This document shows, in pieces, positions 62,388-64,000 of a DNA stretch of 64,000 bases. Location: the NCBI GenBank assembly GCA_963815115.1, contig CAWFFN010000009.1:864001-928000 (forward strand). Reading direction: 5' to 3'. Made by a program: the position numbers and the translations under genes. The notes beneath the pieces were generated by a model. That model saw nothing but the letters and a program-made list of their open reading frames with translations. It ran no database searches and was not told the origin of the DNA. The stretch is from an uncultured delta proteobacterium. GTDB lineage: Bacteria; Desulfobacterota; Binatia; DP-6. Each line of letters starts with the position of its first letter. Position 1 is the first letter of the stretch.

Positions 62388-63308
62388 TCAGCCGACCAGC
62401 AGGGCCCGGGCGGCGCCGGGCGTTCGGATCGCCGCCGGCATGGACGGGGTGGTGTGGGCGATGCCGAGGCGGCCGCCCTTGTCCACCATGATGAGACCGG
62501 CGGCGGTGCGCAGACGCCCTCTCAGGTCGTCGAGCGCGGAGCGCGCGGCGGCGGCTACGTCGGCGCCCGATACCAGGTGCTCGAGCCCGACGCGCACGAG
62601 CCCGAGGCGGATGATCGCTTCCCCGGGGCCGGTGGCGGAACCCGCGCCGACCCTGTCGTCGGCGTAGGTTCCGGCACCGATCACCGCCGAGTCACCGATC
62701 CGGCCGCGCCGCTTGCCGGCGATGCCGCCGGTGGAGGTGGCCGCAGCGAGGCGCCCCCGGCCGTCGCACGCCACGGCCCCGACCGTCTCGCCGGGCGGCT
62801 GGCGGTGGTGGCGGGCACCGGCCGCGACGAGCGAGCGCGGCGCCACGGTGGGCAGCCCGAGCGCGCGCGCCCGCTGCACGGCGGAAGCGCCCACGACCAT
62901 CACTTCGCGCCCCTCCTCGAGCAGTGCCCGCGCGAGACGCACGGGATTGGTCACGCCCGCGACGGCGCCCACGGCGCCCGCCCGCAGCCTCGTTCCTTCC
63001 ATCGCCGAGGCATCGAGCTCGACGACGCCGTCCTCGGTGAGCACGGACCCAAGTCCGGCGTTGAAGTGCGGGTCGTCCTCGAGCACGACGACCGCGGCGA
63101 TCACGGCGTCGAGCGCGCTGCCGCCGGCCGCCAGCACGGCCCACCCCGCCTCGGCGGCCCGGGCCACGCCGGCGCGCCGCGCGGCGCGCTCCGCCCGACG
63201 TTCGCGGCCCGCGCCGCCGTGGACGGCGATGGCAGGTCCCCCGGCCCGCGCGCCAGGCGGCGCGCCCCGCACCGGACGTGCCCCACCGCTCGATGCGCGC
63301 GGGCTCAT
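62388..63308 (-). CDS. iaaA: Isoaspartyl peptidase/L-asparaginase (Ntn-hydrolase)
   Basis: [38 protein letters not shown] and GRIGDS. Confidence 0.92.
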   Translation of the reverse strand: MSPRASSGGARPVRGAPPGARAGGPAIAVHGGAGRERRAERAARRAGVARAAEAGWAVLAAGGSALDAVIAAVVVLEDDPHFNAGLGSVLTEDGVVELDASAMEGTRLRAGAVGAVAGVTNPVRLARALLEEGREVMVVGASAVQRARALGLPTVAPRSLVAAGARHHRQPPGETVGAVACDGRGRLAAATSTGGIAGKRRGRIGDSAVIGAGTYADDRVGAGSATGPGEAIIRLGLVRVGLEHLVSGADVAAAARSALDDLRGRLRTAAGLIMVDKGGRLGIAHTTPSMPAAIRTPGAARALLVG

Positions 63309-63406
63309 GGGCGGGAGTGTAGCGCCCGCTGCCGCCGCTGTCTCGGAATGCTCCGCTCGCTGGTGTAAGGGAGGGCGATCCGTTCACCGCGGACCAGGAG
63401 GGCAGG

Positions 63407-63745
63407 ATGGTCTTTCACGGAGTGGACACCAAGACGGTGTTCCGTCGCATGCGCGAGCTCGCGCCCGACGCCTATCGGGCCTGGCTCGAGTTCGATCAGA
63501 AGGCGTTCGCGCCGGGGGCGTTGCCGCCGAAAACCAAGGAGCTGATCGCCCTCGGGATCGCGCACGTCACCCAGTGTCCGTGGTGCATCGACGCGCACAC
63601 CAGGAAGGCCGCGACCGCCGGCTGCAGCGATGCGGAGATCGGCGAGGTCATCTTCGTCGCCATGGCGATGGCGGCGGGCGCCGCCTGGAGCCACGGCGGG
63701 CTGGCGCTCCAGTGCCTGGGCGAGCATCAGGCGGCCGCGAAGTGA
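63407..63745 (+). CDS. Carboxymuconolactone decarboxylase/AhpD-like protein
   Basis: [34 protein letters not shown]. Confidence 0.9.
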   Translation: MVFHGVDTKTVFRRMRELAPDAYRAWLEFDQKAFAPGALPPKTKELIALGIAHVTQCPWCIDAHTRKAATAGCSDAEIGEVIFVAMAMAAGAAWSHGGLALQCLGEHQAAAK

Positions 63746-64000
63746 CGCGGCTGTCGCGTCTCCTGGCCCCGACCCTGCGGGACGATCCGTCCGACGCGGA
63801 GGTCGTGAGCCACAAGCTGATGGTGCGCGCCGGCATGATCCGCCAGGTCGCGCGCGGCATCTACGACCTCCTGCCGCTGGGCTGGCGCGCCGTGAAGCGG
63901 ATGGAAGCGATCGTGCGCGACGAGATGGACCGCGCCGGTGCCCAGGAGATGCTCATGCCCGCCGTGATCCCCGGCGAGCTGTGGCAGGAGAGCGGCCGCT
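63742..64000 (+). CDS. proS: Prolyl-tRNA synthetase, 5' part (runs off the window)
   Basis: My own translation: [47 protein letters not shown]...GAQEMLMP...ELWQESGR. The GTG overlaps the CMD stop. Confidence 0.95.
   Translation, partial: MTRLSRLLAPTLRDDPSDAEVVSHKLMVRAGMIRQVARGIYDLLPLGWRAVKRMEAIVRDEMDRAGAQEMLMPAVIPGELWQESGR

Overview
A 64-kb, very GC-rich (roughly 70% by eye, not computed), densely coding bacterial chromosomal segment from a diderm: it encodes several beta-barrel proteins and lipoproteins. The style of its Cys-rich secreted proteins suggests a Binatia/deltaproteobacteria-like soil organism (weak inference). About 50 CDSs are supportable. Housekeeping genes: modABC, lrp-gltB-gltD, cysC, typA, an Fpg/Nei glycosylase, chdC/hemQ, a 5'-3' exonuclease, an M1 aminopeptidase, uppP, an isoaspartyl peptidase and a partial proS. 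Accessory or envelope genes: a Tat multicopper oxidase, a PL1 pectate-lyase-like lipoprotein, a VapBC pair, a giant secreted lipase-like protein, a Cys-rich repeat protein, two convergent paralogous TetRs, a tandem double beta-barrel, an adenylate cyclase and a patatin/cPLA2-GNAT fusion. I saw no rRNA, tRNA, CRISPR array, integrase or transposase. The best candidates for novelty are: (1) a B12-radical-SAM gene followed by a YfhO/GT-C membrane protein fused in frame to APS kinase (possible methylated/sulfated envelope-glycan system); (2) a ~1470-aa membrane protein combining a Cys-rich domain, a cPLA2/patatin domain and a GNAT-like domain; (3) a ~280-bp nested REP/REPIN-like inverted dimer with a compensatory base-pair change; (4) the TetR-pair/Cys-rich/lipase locus; (5) a recurring leaderless promoter architecture. 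All family calls come from motif recognition by eye; no searches were run.
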